Shown here: piece after piece, positions 9,649-20,751 of the stretch | Position numbering within the stretch: position 1 is the stretch's first letter | How the letters are laid out: each line of letters begins with the position of its first letter | NCBI GenBank assembly: GCA_020852715.1 | Contig: JADZAE010000077.1 | Coordinates: 39,622-103,621, forward strand | Direction: 5' to 3' | DNA from: Deltaproteobacteria bacterium | GTDB lineage: Bacteria > Bdellovibrionota_C > UBA2361 > SZUA-149 > JADZAE01 | DNA: 64,000 bases | Position numbers and translations under genes: made by a program | Notes under the pieces: generated by a model | What the model saw: the letters and a program-made list of their open reading frames with translations, nothing else | Database searches by the model: none | What the model was told of the DNA's origin: nothing

Positions 9649-11555
9649 ATGTTAAGAAACTTGATTGACATCACAATTATTGTTCTGGTCTCGCTCGCCT
9701 GCTTTTCTAATACATTAGAAAATAGCTTTCATTTAGATGATTTCTACAGAGTGCAAGATAATCCAGGCATACAAAGCATAGCTCCTCTTTGGCGCCATTT
9801 CGTAGAGCCACGCCCCATGTCCACGCTCGATAGGATTAAGCAGTTTCGCCCATTATTGCCGCTAACGCTATCATTTAATTATTATTTTCGCGGTGAACAC
9901 ATAGCCGGTTATCATCTAGTAACCTTGGCTTTACAAACCATCACAACAATCTTTGTATTTTTATTTCACCTTGAGCTCTTAACACGCTGGGTCGGTAACG
10001 CCGACGAGCAAAAGGGACGGAGCAATGAACTCATCGCTTTTTTGGCGGCGCTTACTTTTGCCATTCATCCTGTTTCCGGAATACTGGTTAATTATATTTG
10101 TGCCCCCGACTTAATTCTCATGCAGTTTTTTATGATACCAACGCTTTTGATATATGCACGCATGCGCCGCAGGGTAGAAAACTCCCTGCTAAGCTGGATT
10201 AGTATCTTCAAACCAAACCTCCTTTCCATCTTGTCCAAAACAGACACGGCCATGCTCCCGGCAATTATCTTTTTATTTGAAATATTTTTAAACAAAAAAA
10301 CTTAAAAGAGATCAGCCCATATCTACAAACTCTGCCTATCGCTATCGCCATTTTTTGCTATTTTGCATATACCAAATATTATTTGAAATTTTCCGATTTC
10401 GAAAACGTCGTCAACACCCATGGAGCAGCATTTGATTATTTCAAACCTCAACTAGCTCTGCATCTTTTTTATTATCTACGCAATTTCTTCTGGCCCTTCT
10501 ATTTGCGGCAGTTACCAATGATCGACACCGAAACAGCGCTATTTCACGCACAAACCGTAATTGGTGCTATTTTTATACTCCTAACATTATTGATTGCGCT
10601 GCGCGCTTGGAACAAACAGCCAATTATTTCCTTTTGTATATTATCATACTGGGCACCACTTTTCCCGGCAACTTCATTTCTGCCGTTTCATCACTTGATA
10701 GTTGACTATCGGCCATATCCAAGCAGCGTGTTTTTATTTCTGCTACTTGCATATTTAGCCCAGCGATATTTGCCCAACAAAGCATTTATTTCAATAATGC
10801 TAAACTTTATTGTTTTCATAGCTGCCGCCAGCTATTTTCATAACTACAATTGGCGCACTGAGGCAACCCTTTGGACACAGAGTGTGAAACACGGAGCCGA
10901 CGCCACAGCACACATGAATTTAGCAATGTCAATTAAAGATAGAGACGATCCGCGTGTGGAGTATTATTTCCGCGAGGCTTTAAGAATGGCACCGAGGTTC
11001 GCTCTAAGGAATATCAATTTGGGGCTATTATTGCTCGATAAGAATAAGTAAGAAGAGGGGCTCTGGTATTGCCGAAACGCTGTTACGCTAGCCCCGGGCT
11101 GGGGGCAAGTCCACTATTGGCTTTCACAATGCTATAGCAAAGTAGGGGATAGTAAAAATGCATGCTACTCGGCGCTAAGAGCAACCCGACTTGATTCGAA
11201 AAATATCAGTTATCTTCATCGCGCCGCTTTTTTAGTCCAGCAATTTAATGACTACAAGCAAAGCTTAAATCTCCTCCAAAGCGTACCAAATGGCTACCAG
11301 GACGCCCTTTTTCTCAAAGCTTTTGCTGCACAAATGAGTAATCAAAATCAATTAGCGATTAACGCCTATACAGAACTTCTGAACCGACAACCCGAACATA
11401 TGCAGGCCAACTTTAATCTCGGCTATACTCTGATGATAGAAGGGAACTACGCAAAAGCAATTCCATACTTTCAAAAAGCCCTAGAACTCAAACCCGACTA
11501 TGATAAAATTCATAGTTATCTTAGCCGCTGCGCAGATGAGCTAAAGACTCGCTGA
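9649..11555 (+). pseudogene. TMTC-like DUF1736 + TPR-repeat GT-C glycosyltransferase, disrupted by a frameshift near 10306-10382 and an in-frame TAA at 11049-11051.
   Basis: FHLDDFYRVQDNPGI...YRPLLPLT...GYHLVTL (DUF1736 signatures). TPR repeats continue through the TAA (LLLLDKNK*EEGLWYCRNAVTLAPGWGQVHYWL...) into ORF 11334..11555. Confidence 0.75.
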
Positions 11556-11757
11556 CTGATAGACCAATCCCCAAAGGATATACGACTTCATCGTAAGTAG
11601 GTGATTGCTTCCACGCCTGATCCCAAACCAAAGCAATGTGCAACCCAATCAAACAACAACCGATTAAAACAATCGCGAAACAGTTTTTACCCAAGAGTTC
11701 TAATTTCAGTAGAATTAACTTCCACACATTAAAATAGATTTTACTTAAATGTTTCAA
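11521..11757 (-). pseudogene. Truncated N-terminal fragment of a second PMT/ArnT-like glycosyltransferase (paralog of 7732..9618).
   Basis: LIGLHIALVWDQAWKQSPTYDEVVYPLGIG aligns with SFIAFHVGLVFDQARRQSATYDEPVYASSGY of the intact neighbour. It covers only about 78 codons. Confidence 0.4.
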
Positions 11758-13113
11758 CGCCTAACCTCGCAACTGACGAAAATGGTATTACTAGGAAGTT
11801 ACAAAAAATATATTCTCAAATTATCCGTGGGGTATATTCATAACAAAAGCCACAATAGTGTTAGTGGGCAAAGCAATAACGCCACACTGATAACAACATT
11901 TAACCATGCCGAAAACCCTTAAACTTGCTCCAAACATTTCAAAAACAACACTTGTGCCCAGATACTAATAATAATCTAGATCACCGCAAATGCTGCTAGA
12001 GCAAATCCTGACGCTGGACCTGATCTAGTAAATAAATCTTGCCTAAACCAAGCAATTTCTAAAACAATAAGCGGTAATATCTAAATTACTGGAACGCTAC
12101 TCCATGCCATGACCGCTCTAATATTGTCTTTTGATCCTGTTCCGCCTATCCAAGTTCCGGTTCAACGAATTAAGATGCTAGCAATATATAGCTAAATTAT
12201 TCCACCTAAAGGGCCACTAACGGCATAACCAAAAACTATCATCGGCCATTCCAGAGTGTCTCCTAAATCCCTGACGCTGGCGCGATCAATGGCCTTGCTA
12301 AATCCATCTAAAGCTGCCAATAATAAAACAAACCGAGTAGGGTTTGTATCTATTATCAGCTAAATAGTAGCTCGTGGCTTAAGTCAGATAGATATCCAAG
12401 GATTTAATGTTTGCTCAACTGTGTTTTCCATTTTAATCTCTCAATCAGTTAAACAACCAATTAATTAGACTTAAATGCCACAACTGGGAACAACGTTTAA
12501 CACTGACATAGCATCTGCTCCACAAAGCTATAAAATGCTCTGAACGCTAACATCCAACCATGGAGAAGATAAGTTATAATGGGCACGCCACGCCTTGCGC
12601 TTATTTATTTGTCCTCTATATAGCATTATGCCCGATAAGGTTTCTTATCAGGCATAGCCCTCGGCTGCCCGGCTATAGATAGACATATATAATAGTAGTC
12701 CGGTTTTCGTCCAAGGGGTAAAGTTAAGACTTTTTTGCCCCAAATCAAAAGGGCAAAAGTCACAGAGGACCTCCAAGCAAAAAAACAATCGGCATGTTGT
12801 GCGCTCCATTATGTGCGCGAGTAACTACTAAGCACTCTGACACGACTAGCGCACGACATGCCAAACATGAATTAATCATTTGCTTAAGACGCCAAAATCG
12901 TAGCCATAAAAATTAACGGGCACCCTAAGCAAATATATATCATTCCCAGGAAATAAATTATTTTTTTACTAAAAAGCACAAATGCTTTCTATCTTTGTCC
13001 TAAGGGAATGGTTATCTCCATTGATCGCTACTTAATTCGAATAAGAGCCCTTACATCAATGGCATCTTGCCTACGCCATGAAATATTCATCTCAATATCG
13101 GGCCGACATTCAT

Positions 13114-13758
13114 TCAGCGAATTTTTGCAGATTTACCACATATACTCCCCACCTTTGTCGCTGCCAAATACTGCTCTATCGCCACGGGAAGCCCGCAATT
13201 AATCGCGCTCTCTGAAAGATATTCATCTATTATCAGGGCGAAGCTTTCATCTTTGAGCATCTGATATTTATATGCCGGCAGCAATGAACCAAAAGCCTTC
13301 TTACATATATTATCAACCACGCATCCTTTCTGCCAATGAGTTAAGTTATACTTTCTGACTATCTTTTCTTCGATACCAATATGCACCATCTCATGTATGG
13401 CGCGAGTAGCAAAATTTGCCGGCGAGAATTCTTCAGAACGACGACAACCCATCAGCACCAACCCAACACACTCATTTTCAAAGTATCCAGCGTAATACTC
13501 ATAACGATAAAGCCTTACCACATAATTCTCGCAAAAATTAAATCCCCAATTCCTCGCTAAGAACCCAAATGTTTCAAAAGCGCTAGTTACCGCTACCCTA
13601 CCCCGCTCAGCACTAATCTTAGCATTATCAAAATATCCATCATCAAATTCAGCCTCAACTATGCCCAGCCGTTTTTTTTGCAAATCAATTTTTCCCCAAT
13701 TTGGAGCAGCGGCCACCAGTTCTCTAAACTCTATATGCTCGGGAAAATCACTACCCAC
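13114..13758 (-). CDS. Hypothetical zincin-like protein with a HExxH motif (HEMVH).
   Basis: 214-aa ORF. AIHEMVHIGIEEKIV... I cannot assign a family from the sequence alone. Confidence 0.45.
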   Translation of the reverse strand: MGSDFPEHIEFRELVAAAPNWGKIDLQKKRLGIVEAEFDDGYFDNAKISAERGRVAVTSAFETFGFLARNWGFNFCENYVVRLYRYEYYAGYFENECVGLVLMGCRRSEEFSPANFATRAIHEMVHIGIEEKIVRKYNLTHWQKGCVVDNICKKAFGSLLPAYKYQMLKDESFALIIDEYLSESAINCGLPVAIEQYLAATKVGSICGKSAKIR

Positions 13759-14128
13759 AGCTCCCGGTAGAGGAAGGATAATTTACCCGAAAAAAATCCA
13801 AACGCTTGAGAGCTTTTCCTCCCCGAACTGCCTCCTGCTTCGCTGTTGCCGTAGAAATTTGCAAAGTTGCCATCTGTGGTTCTTTTCCATACTAACAATA
13901 TCGCGAACCCATGGCCCCTCCCTCTGAAAAGAATAGCCTCACTATAAGTGATAATTCAATAACGATAACGCTGGAGAATTCAGTCGTATTTTCAGAATTT
14001 CTACCCCTAGCATATATATTATTCACAATACCCCTACTCTATTACACAGTTTGTCATCTGAAGGCTTAATATTCTCACAAAACCTATAGAAAACAGCAGT
14101 AATTTCGACCTAATACAAAAGCCTCTAG

Positions 14129-14929
14129 GTGCCGATAATTCAACCGAGGAAGTATTTATACGGGAAACCCGCTGCTCTAGGTTATATGCATATAAACTTC
14201 GACATATTTGACGTGCTGATCATTGATGCTGATCTTGAAAGCCGTACTAAGCTTAAACAAGCGGCCCGTGAGATTAACTGCTACGGAAAGATATCTTCAG
14301 TAAGTTATTTTAGTGAAGCCATGGAGTTTCTTCATACCAAACGAGAATGTGATTTAATATTCATCTCAAACGCCATCGCGCAAAGTGAAATCGTTACCTT
14401 CATGCAGCAAGCCCGCGAGACCGACAAAGGCTCGAGCAGTTCATATATCCTAGTCATGAAGGCCGGAAAGCGCGAAAGCACAGATATAGCCAAAAGCATG
14501 GTCGCCGGATTTAACTCTATGCTCCTCGAACCCTACTCCGTTGATTCCATGGTCGAGATCAGCAAACTCGCTCGCAAAATAAAAGTCGAAGCCTATGAAC
14601 GCCGTGCCCGCGCCGCCTCCGAACTTGTGATTCCCACGCTGATCAAGGAGGTAGATCGTCTCGCTGCGTTACACTCCATCGGGCACCCTACTAATGTCTC
14701 GGCCGGTGCTAAAAAAGCTCTGGCTCTCATTACTTCCATGGGTAACGAAGCCCTAAGCGGCTACTACGAGGCGATGATCAACAAATTCGGGCAAGTCTCT
14801 CCACCGGCCGTCACCCACTATGAAGGTCCGAGCAAGCGCTTAAAAGATCGCATGGAAAGAAAAGCTAAAGAAGAGGCTGCTGCTGCACTGGAAAACGAAA
14901 TTCAAAATGATGCAAAGAAATTTGACTAA
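14129..14929 (+). CDS. Protein with a degenerate receiver-like (pseudo-REC) N-terminal domain and a coiled-coil C-terminus. Probable partner of the downstream PP2C gene.
   Basis: DVLIIDAD...CDLIFISNAI...YILVMKAG...LLEPYS shows a REC-like layout but lacks the canonical phospho-acceptor Asp, Thr and Lys residues. Start may be at the internal M (MHINFDIF). Confidence 0.5.
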   Translation: MPIIQPRKYLYGKPAALGYMHINFDIFDVLIIDADLESRTKLKQAAREINCYGKISSVSYFSEAMEFLHTKRECDLIFISNAIAQSEIVTFMQQARETDKGSSSSYILVMKAGKRESTDIAKSMVAGFNSMLLEPYSVDSMVEISKLARKIKVEAYERRARAASELVIPTLIKEVDRLAALHSIGHPTNVSAGAKKALALITSMGNEALSGYYEAMINKFGQVSPPAVTHYEGPSKRLKDRMERKAKEEAAAALENEIQNDAKKFD

Positions 14930-14935
14930 TAAGCT

Positions 14936-16144
14936 ATGGGCATAGAAGACGTCAGTTTAGATCTCAAAGAATTAGCCGATCGCATACTAGTGATCAGCGA
15001 TAACGAAGATGCCTCACACTCTCTCACCCGTCTTCTCGACACGCGCTCATATAACTGGGCTGTAGCTAATAATATAGAAGAAGCAAGCGCTAAAGCCTCT
15101 TCTGATCTTTATGACTTGGTTATCGCCTGCGGGACAAATCAAGCCGAAGACGCTGTCTCGCTAATCCGGGATATTAAAGCTAACCGTCTGCTCGCGAGAA
15201 TCCCGCTCATCGTCATTCATCCCAACCTCGAAGAAATGACAAAAAAAGGTTTCACCGCCAAAGACGAAAAACAGCTATTGCTCAAATACCCGGTTGATCC
15301 CGCATACTTCCTCGTCAAAGTAACAACTATGCTACGCCTAAGAAAATTCAAAAGTGATCAAACCCGCTATGATGCTAAAATCGTCGACCAGAATGCTCAG
15401 CTGCGAGACCTTACCAATCGCTTCAAAGCAGAACTAAAAGAAGCGCAGGAAATTCAAAAGTCCATTCTCCCCAAAGAATTACCGGAAGACAAACGTTGCT
15501 TACTAACAGCTCGCTATCTTCCCCTGGAGGCCGTAGGTGGTGACTTATATGACATTTGGCGACTCAACGAAAACACCCTTGGCCTCTTTATCGGTGACGT
15601 AACCGGGCATGGACTATCCGCCGCATTTGTCGGCGCCATGACTAAAATGGCCTTAGCCTATGCCGCCAAAGTGAGCCCCAATGAAATGCTTGCCGAGATG
15701 AATGAAGGCATGGCTGACCTCGTGCCGGAAGGACGCTTTGTCGCCGTTGCCGCTGCTATTTACAACCTTGATACAGGACAACTCTTAGTCGCCCGCGGCG
15801 GTCAACCAAACCCCTATATCTGGCGCGCTGACAAACAGGATATTGAAATCGTAAAAGTGCGCGGCATGGCCGTAGGCATGATAGCCGGTTCTCGTTATGA
15901 GCTATTTGAGACTACACTTAACCCCGGCGATAAATTTCTTATGCTCACTGACGGCTTTACCGAAAGTTCCGACATGGACGGCAACATGATTGGCGAGCAA
16001 GGCACAGGGAAATTTTTCAAACAAGCCGCTGCCTCTCTCTCCATCGACAAGGCCGTTGACTACCTCCTCTACCTGCAAGAACAATTCTGCCGCGGCCGAC
16101 TGGCCAAAGATGACGTCACCATAGTCGGAATTGAGCGCAAATAG
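14936..16144 (+). CDS. Response-regulator-like PP2C phosphatase (pseudo-REC + SpoIIE/RsbU-type PP2C domain).
   Basis: GDVTGHGLSAAF... and LTDGFTESSD are PP2C/SpoIIE motifs. N-terminal ILVISDNED...DLVIACG...KYP receiver-like domain. Confidence 0.8.
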   Translation: MGIEDVSLDLKELADRILVISDNEDASHSLTRLLDTRSYNWAVANNIEEASAKASSDLYDLVIACGTNQAEDAVSLIRDIKANRLLARIPLIVIHPNLEEMTKKGFTAKDEKQLLLKYPVDPAYFLVKVTTMLRLRKFKSDQTRYDAKIVDQNAQLRDLTNRFKAELKEAQEIQKSILPKELPEDKRCLLTARYLPLEAVGGDLYDIWRLNENTLGLFIGDVTGHGLSAAFVGAMTKMALAYAAKVSPNEMLAEMNEGMADLVPEGRFVAVAAAIYNLDTGQLLVARGGQPNPYIWRADKQDIEIVKVRGMAVGMIAGSRYELFETTLNPGDKFLMLTDGFTESSDMDGNMIGEQGTGKFFKQAAASLSIDKAVDYLLYLQEQFCRGRLAKDDVTIVGIERK

Positions 16145-16149
16145 TTCCA

Positions 16150-16878
16150 TTAATTGACAAAGATTGCTAGCTGTACACGGAACCGAATGCTGAGAACTCC
16201 GTAGATAGAAATGACAAACGAGAAGTGAAACAATTCGCAAGAGTCGCGACAACAATTTACGGTTTGTCTTAAAAATCTGGTTACTCACCGGAATAAGTGG
16301 GTAAGAATGTAAAAACTTCCTGGAAATCGTAGAGCGTGAGTTGAGAAAACAAACGCAAGCGCCAACGGCAATTCACGGGCGACCGGCGGGTGACCGCAAA
16401 ATGCCATCGGCAATGGCACCGCATATTCTGTCGAAATGTTTAGCTGATAAAGTAGGACATGGCTTTACCCGAGACACCAAAAAATACGCCGTCATTGTAG
16501 ATTTAGCCATATTCCTATGGGCTTATCAGTCGCATGTACGAGTTTCTTCATTATGTGCGGAACTCAGGCGAAGGCAAACATCGGCAAACAACGATGCTCA
16601 GAATGTTTCTAAACACTTGGATAACCAAAATTATACGCTCCAAAATAGAGCCAATGAAGCACATGGCTCGCCAGATTAGACACCTCCAGCCACTTATTTT
16701 TAATTGGCTTACGGCCAAAAAACTATTCTCTTCCGGAATCGTTGAAGGTTTTAACAACAAAGCTAAAGTCACGCTAAAAAAAGCCTACGGATTTCACACC
16801 TTAAATGCCGTGCAAATCGCGTTATTTCAGCAACTTGGAGCTTTACCTGAACATCTGCTCACCCATACTTTCTGGTGA
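16150..16878 (+). mobile_element. ISL3-family transposase remnant (C-terminal ~240 codons, in several frames). Pseudogene.
   Basis: C-terminal ...SSGIVEGFNNKAKVTLKKAYGFHTLNAVQIALFQQLG is typical of the ISL3 transposase C-terminus. Upstream pieces are in other frames. The N-terminal half is absent. Confidence 0.6.
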
Positions 16879-16943
16879 CGAACCGAAATTTGAATAAACC
16901 CAGCTGAGCAAAAAGAAAGCCCCAATTATGAGGCCTCAGCCCA

Positions 16944-17445
16944 CTACTCCAATCCGAAGAGCAAAGGCGCCTTTTCCGCCTCCAGTCCACGATTCTCTTG
17001 CGGATAACCAAGATTATGTTGCGAAAAATAAAACGGAGTTCGCACAGACCATTCCTCAGAACGAGTGGCCCGAGGTGTGCCCCAAATAAGACCGGGGGAT
17101 TTTATCCCCGGCCGTATAAAATTATCCCAGCTGTGAATTGGTGAGCCACTTAAATGCAACGCTGATCCCAAGACCAATAGCAACAGGGAGAAACCCCAGG
17201 GCCAAAAAGAGCCGCGTATAAACCGAAAGCCATTCTCTAAACGCTGATTATTCATATTGTAGCTGGTAATAAAGCACCGTGGTAGCCAGATAATTGATTA
17301 AGCGTGAGGCAATTACGAGTAGCAGAAGTAATATCATTAGAGGAGCAAAAATAAAACTGCGCTTGCCCCAGGGGGCCAATAATATGCCCACTAAGTCTTC
17401 TTTTACAGGCACTATTAGCACATCATGTAATAACGAGCTATGCAT
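16944..17445 (-). pseudogene. Hypothetical membrane protein interrupted by a frameshift near 17248-17255.
   Basis: Two overlapping ORFs in different frames with hydrophobic segments (LMILLLLLVIASRLI..., WPWGFSLLLLVLG...). Confidence 0.3.
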
Positions 17446-17591
17446 ACTATCGGACTGAAATTCCTTTTCCTTATAGACGATATGCCATGCTAAATCTCTT
17501 ACCCCCCCTGAATCAAGAACTATTTATTTCCTTACGCGATATCTTTGTGAAGATTTGAGTATTTCACAGGAGACAGCAAAAAGATAATACA

Positions 17592-17613
17592 ATGAGATAA
17601 GAAAGGTTTAAAT
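17592..17613 (+). promoter_or_regulatory. Conserved leader motif, copy 3 (ATGAGATAAG AAAGGTTTAAAT). An orphan copy with no downstream family-A gene.
   Basis: Matches the core of the elements at 329-357 and 5666-5692. Confidence 0.35.
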
Positions 17614-17635
17614 CTAGGCTTAATTACTGATGTTG

Positions 17636-18721
17636 CTAAGTGACTATCATCCGTAGAATATTCTCCGGGCAAACATGACTACAAAGAGAGCAGCCGTCGC
17701 ATAAATTATTATCGATAAGTATCGGCTTTAGAGAAACTTTTCGCGAAAGTGATTCGTGTGTAGATATTGAGCCCACAGCTTTGCCGCACATTTCCTCAAT
17801 TGAGCTAAATCCCTTGTCGGTCATGTAATTTGTAAGGCCGGCGATCATGGGCCGAATTATCTCAAAACCATTAAGCATCACGGCTGTGCAAACTTGAACC
17901 ACGTAGGAGCTGGCAGAAATATTCGATGGCGTCTTTATAGTCAGAGATACCACCGAGGCCGTGAATAGGAAGTTTAACCTTTGCCGCAATCTGCGAACCA
18001 CATCTTAGGCCAATTGGCTTAACACTTTGTCCGGAATATCCACCGTAGGTAGAATAGCCCGAGACGTTGGGTAGCGGTTGAAACGTATCGATATCTACCC
18101 CCATTAAACACTATACTGTATTAATAGCGGCAAGCGCATCGGCGTTTCCCTCTAAGGCAGCTTGAGTAATGGAGACAATATCCATAACATTTGGCGTAAA
18201 CTTTACGATTAACGGGAACTTTACTTCCGACTTAATCGCCCGGGTCATTTCTCTCTCCAAAGCAGCGTCTTGGCCGATGGCTGCACCAATATGCTTTTCC
18301 GGCATGCCGTTTAACTCAAGCGCATCGGCACCGGCATCAGCAACTGCCTTTGCTACCCCGATCCAGCTTTCTATATTGCTGTGCCCCATAATGCTGGCAC
18401 TGAGCATCTTTCCGGGAAAATCTTTTTTTATTGCTGTTATTTCGGCTAACCAATAGCCGAGACTTTTCTGCTGAGTAGCTCAATATTTTCAAATCCAATT
18501 AATTCGTTTTTTGCGCTTTTGATCGTAGCAAAACGCGGAGATATGTTTTCAATAGTTAAATCATCGGGTGTAATGGTTTTAATAACAGCCCCTCCCCAAC
18601 CGTTAGCAAGATCGCGTCTAATCATTTCACCTGTGGCAGTGGGCGGTCCTGAAGCTAACAAAAAAGGATTTTCATATTCTAGTCCATTGTGAGTAGTTCT
18701 AAGTAAACTTGAAGATGGCAT
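17636..18721 (-). pseudogene. Dihydropyrimidine/dihydroorotate dehydrogenase-family protein with a C-terminal 4Fe-4S ferredoxin domain (PreA-like). Split into four ORFs by two frameshifts and one in-frame stop.
   Basis: NPFLLASGPP... (18721 frame), ...ELNGMPEKHIGAAIGQD...KFPLIVKFTPNV (18407 frame), ...LPIHGLGGISDYKDAIEYF, ...CDGCSLCSHVCPENI. Reading frames run 1, 2, 2, 1. Confidence 0.7.
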
Positions 18722-19483
18722 AACCTAGCTCCAGGATAAAAGGTCTGGGTGTTAGATAAACCCTTTTTTGCCAGGAAGCCATAGTAAAAATAAAAAGGTC
18801 ATATCAGAAGGCTTAAGATACCATGATCGTCTAGATGCTTGGTACAGTGTTGCCTAAATAGCATTAAAACCTTTAACGCTGCCTCCCTTTGAGGGAATAG
18901 CTTCACTTTTCTCTGTGCTAAATACAAAAACTAAATTACTTAGGGCATTGAATCAATAGTTGCAGCATCACATAGGAACCTGCGATATGTTGCGGGCTTA
19001 AAAAATTCGAAACAGCCCCTTAATGATAAAAATGGATGGAAGATTATGGGATTCTTAAAAAGAGATAGGTCTTATTTTATTGACTCGCTTGCTCAGACCG
19101 AAGATGGAAATTTTTTATATTATCGGAGGAGCAAATGCTGGGTACTGACTCCTGAGAAAGTCTAGGAGTTTGATCAAGGTTATTTTAAAAAGGATTTATT
19201 AGGTGGAAATCTCTTATCGTTACTAAGCATTGTATTGGCTTTACTAACTTTATCGTAAGGTCCGTTAAAAGAATTTTGGGGTCAGGTGTTGACAATCATA
19301 ATCGCGATAGTTATTTGTAGCATGGTTACTTATTCGTATTTTATTTGTCATCTTGGGCACAAACATCTACTCAAACGCTTGAGTGATAAGTCAGCTGGCG
19401 ACAGCATTAAAGGTTAAAACCTGGAAAGAATGGCATAAGATTTCACGGCTCTCATGGGTAGAATTTTTGTTTAATAATGGTAT

Positions 19484-20353
19484 ATGGCAATGAAATTAAA
19501 CGGAACTTTTTTTGATTTTTTTAGCACAGATAAACTTATATTGCATGGGTTACTGGCTAAAACAGCGTCGCGCAACAAGAAGCTGCTGATATTTATTCAT
19601 GGTATGGGCGGATCATTTTATTCTTCGAAGTTGGTGGCCGTATTGGTGGCGGGACTAAAAAATAGTGGTTATGATTTGATGAGCATCAATACGCGCGGGC
19701 ATGGAACAGTTAGCCGCCTTAAGACAAGTAAAGGCGCACGCGTGCTGGGGGGCACTGCGCATGAGGTTTTTAAAGATTGTATTTTTGATATTAAGGGGGC
19801 GATTAAGCAGGCCAAGGAGTTTGGGTATAAGGAGTTCGTCTTGGCCGGGCACAGCACGGGCTGTCAAAAGATTACTTATTTCCAACATCAGGTGCGTGCG
19901 GCAAATGTGAAGGCGGTGATTTTGTTGGCACCGGCCGATGATTACAACATAGACCTTGCGGAGAAAGGTAGGCTGAGGATGGAAAAAGCGGTGCGTATTG
20001 CTAAGGCTATGGTGAAGGCTGGTTACGGCAATATGCCCGTGCCTAGTTGGATTTCGAATTTTAGCGCGCGGCGGTATTTAAGTATTGCGGATAAGAAGAG
20101 TCTGGAAGCGAGCGTGTTTAATTACACTTCTTCACTGAAGATATTTTCTACGCTGAAGCTTCCTGTGTTGGCGGTTTTCGGCACTGATGAGGTTCCGTGC
20201 GGAATGAGTTCTGAGCACATGCTAGATCTACTCCATGTAAAAACAAACGCGCGGCTTTTCATGTCTGCTTTGATCAATAAGGCGGATCACAGCTTTTCGG
20301 GAAAAGAAAAAGAGATGGTTTTGGCCGTTAAAAGTTTTCTAAAAAAACTTTAG
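19484..20353 (+). CDS. Alpha/beta-hydrolase-fold protein.
   Basis: LIFIHGMGGS and the nucleophile elbow GHSTGC (GxSxG). 289 aa, intact. Confidence 0.65.
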   Translation: MAMKLNGTFFDFFSTDKLILHGLLAKTASRNKKLLIFIHGMGGSFYSSKLVAVLVAGLKNSGYDLMSINTRGHGTVSRLKTSKGARVLGGTAHEVFKDCIFDIKGAIKQAKEFGYKEFVLAGHSTGCQKITYFQHQVRAANVKAVILLAPADDYNIDLAEKGRLRMEKAVRIAKAMVKAGYGNMPVPSWISNFSARRYLSIADKKSLEASVFNYTSSLKIFSTLKLPVLAVFGTDEVPCGMSSEHMLDLLHVKTNARLFMSALINKADHSFSGKEKEMVLAVKSFLKKL

Positions 20354-20751
20354 TAGCCAAACAAATCCCTTCTACCTTTTGCTTCCATACATTTATCGAA
20401 GCAATTAGGATAAGTGGTTTGATCAAAGGGGCCTGTTCGTGGTTTTTTAAGGCAATCGCTAACGCAGAATTTACATCTTTCAAATTCCGGCTGGGCAACG
20501 AGCTTACATCGCGCCGCGCTATTGTTTGTATTTTCGCAACTTACAAAATGGCGACAACGGTCCTCGGGGGTGTAATGTTTCGTGCACATCGGGGGTTCTG
20601 TGTAAAGTTTGCAAGTGACATCATAACCGTGACAGGGGTCAAGTTCACAGCGCGGCTGGGCTTGGGTAACGGTGGCGACTAAGTTGATAAATAGGCTTAT
20701 AAATACTCTCAGGGCCAATTTATTGTTTTGCATAATTAGTTGTTTAGACAC
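20350..20751 (-). CDS. Secreted Cys-rich small protein (10 Cys) with a signal peptide. Tandem paralog of 20736..21083.
   Basis: Shared pattern C-x-(L/I)-x-PCHG-x-D-x-x-C...MCT...Y...D-x-CR-x-F-x-x-C...C-x-L...C-K-x-CV...C. N-terminal hydrophobic leader. Confidence 0.55.
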   Translation of the reverse strand: MSKQLIMQNNKLALRVFISLFINLVATVTQAQPRCELDPCHGYDVTCKLYTEPPMCTKHYTPEDRCRHFVSCENTNNSAARCKLVAQPEFERCKFCVSDCLKKPRTGPFDQTTYPNCFDKCMEAKGRRDLFGY

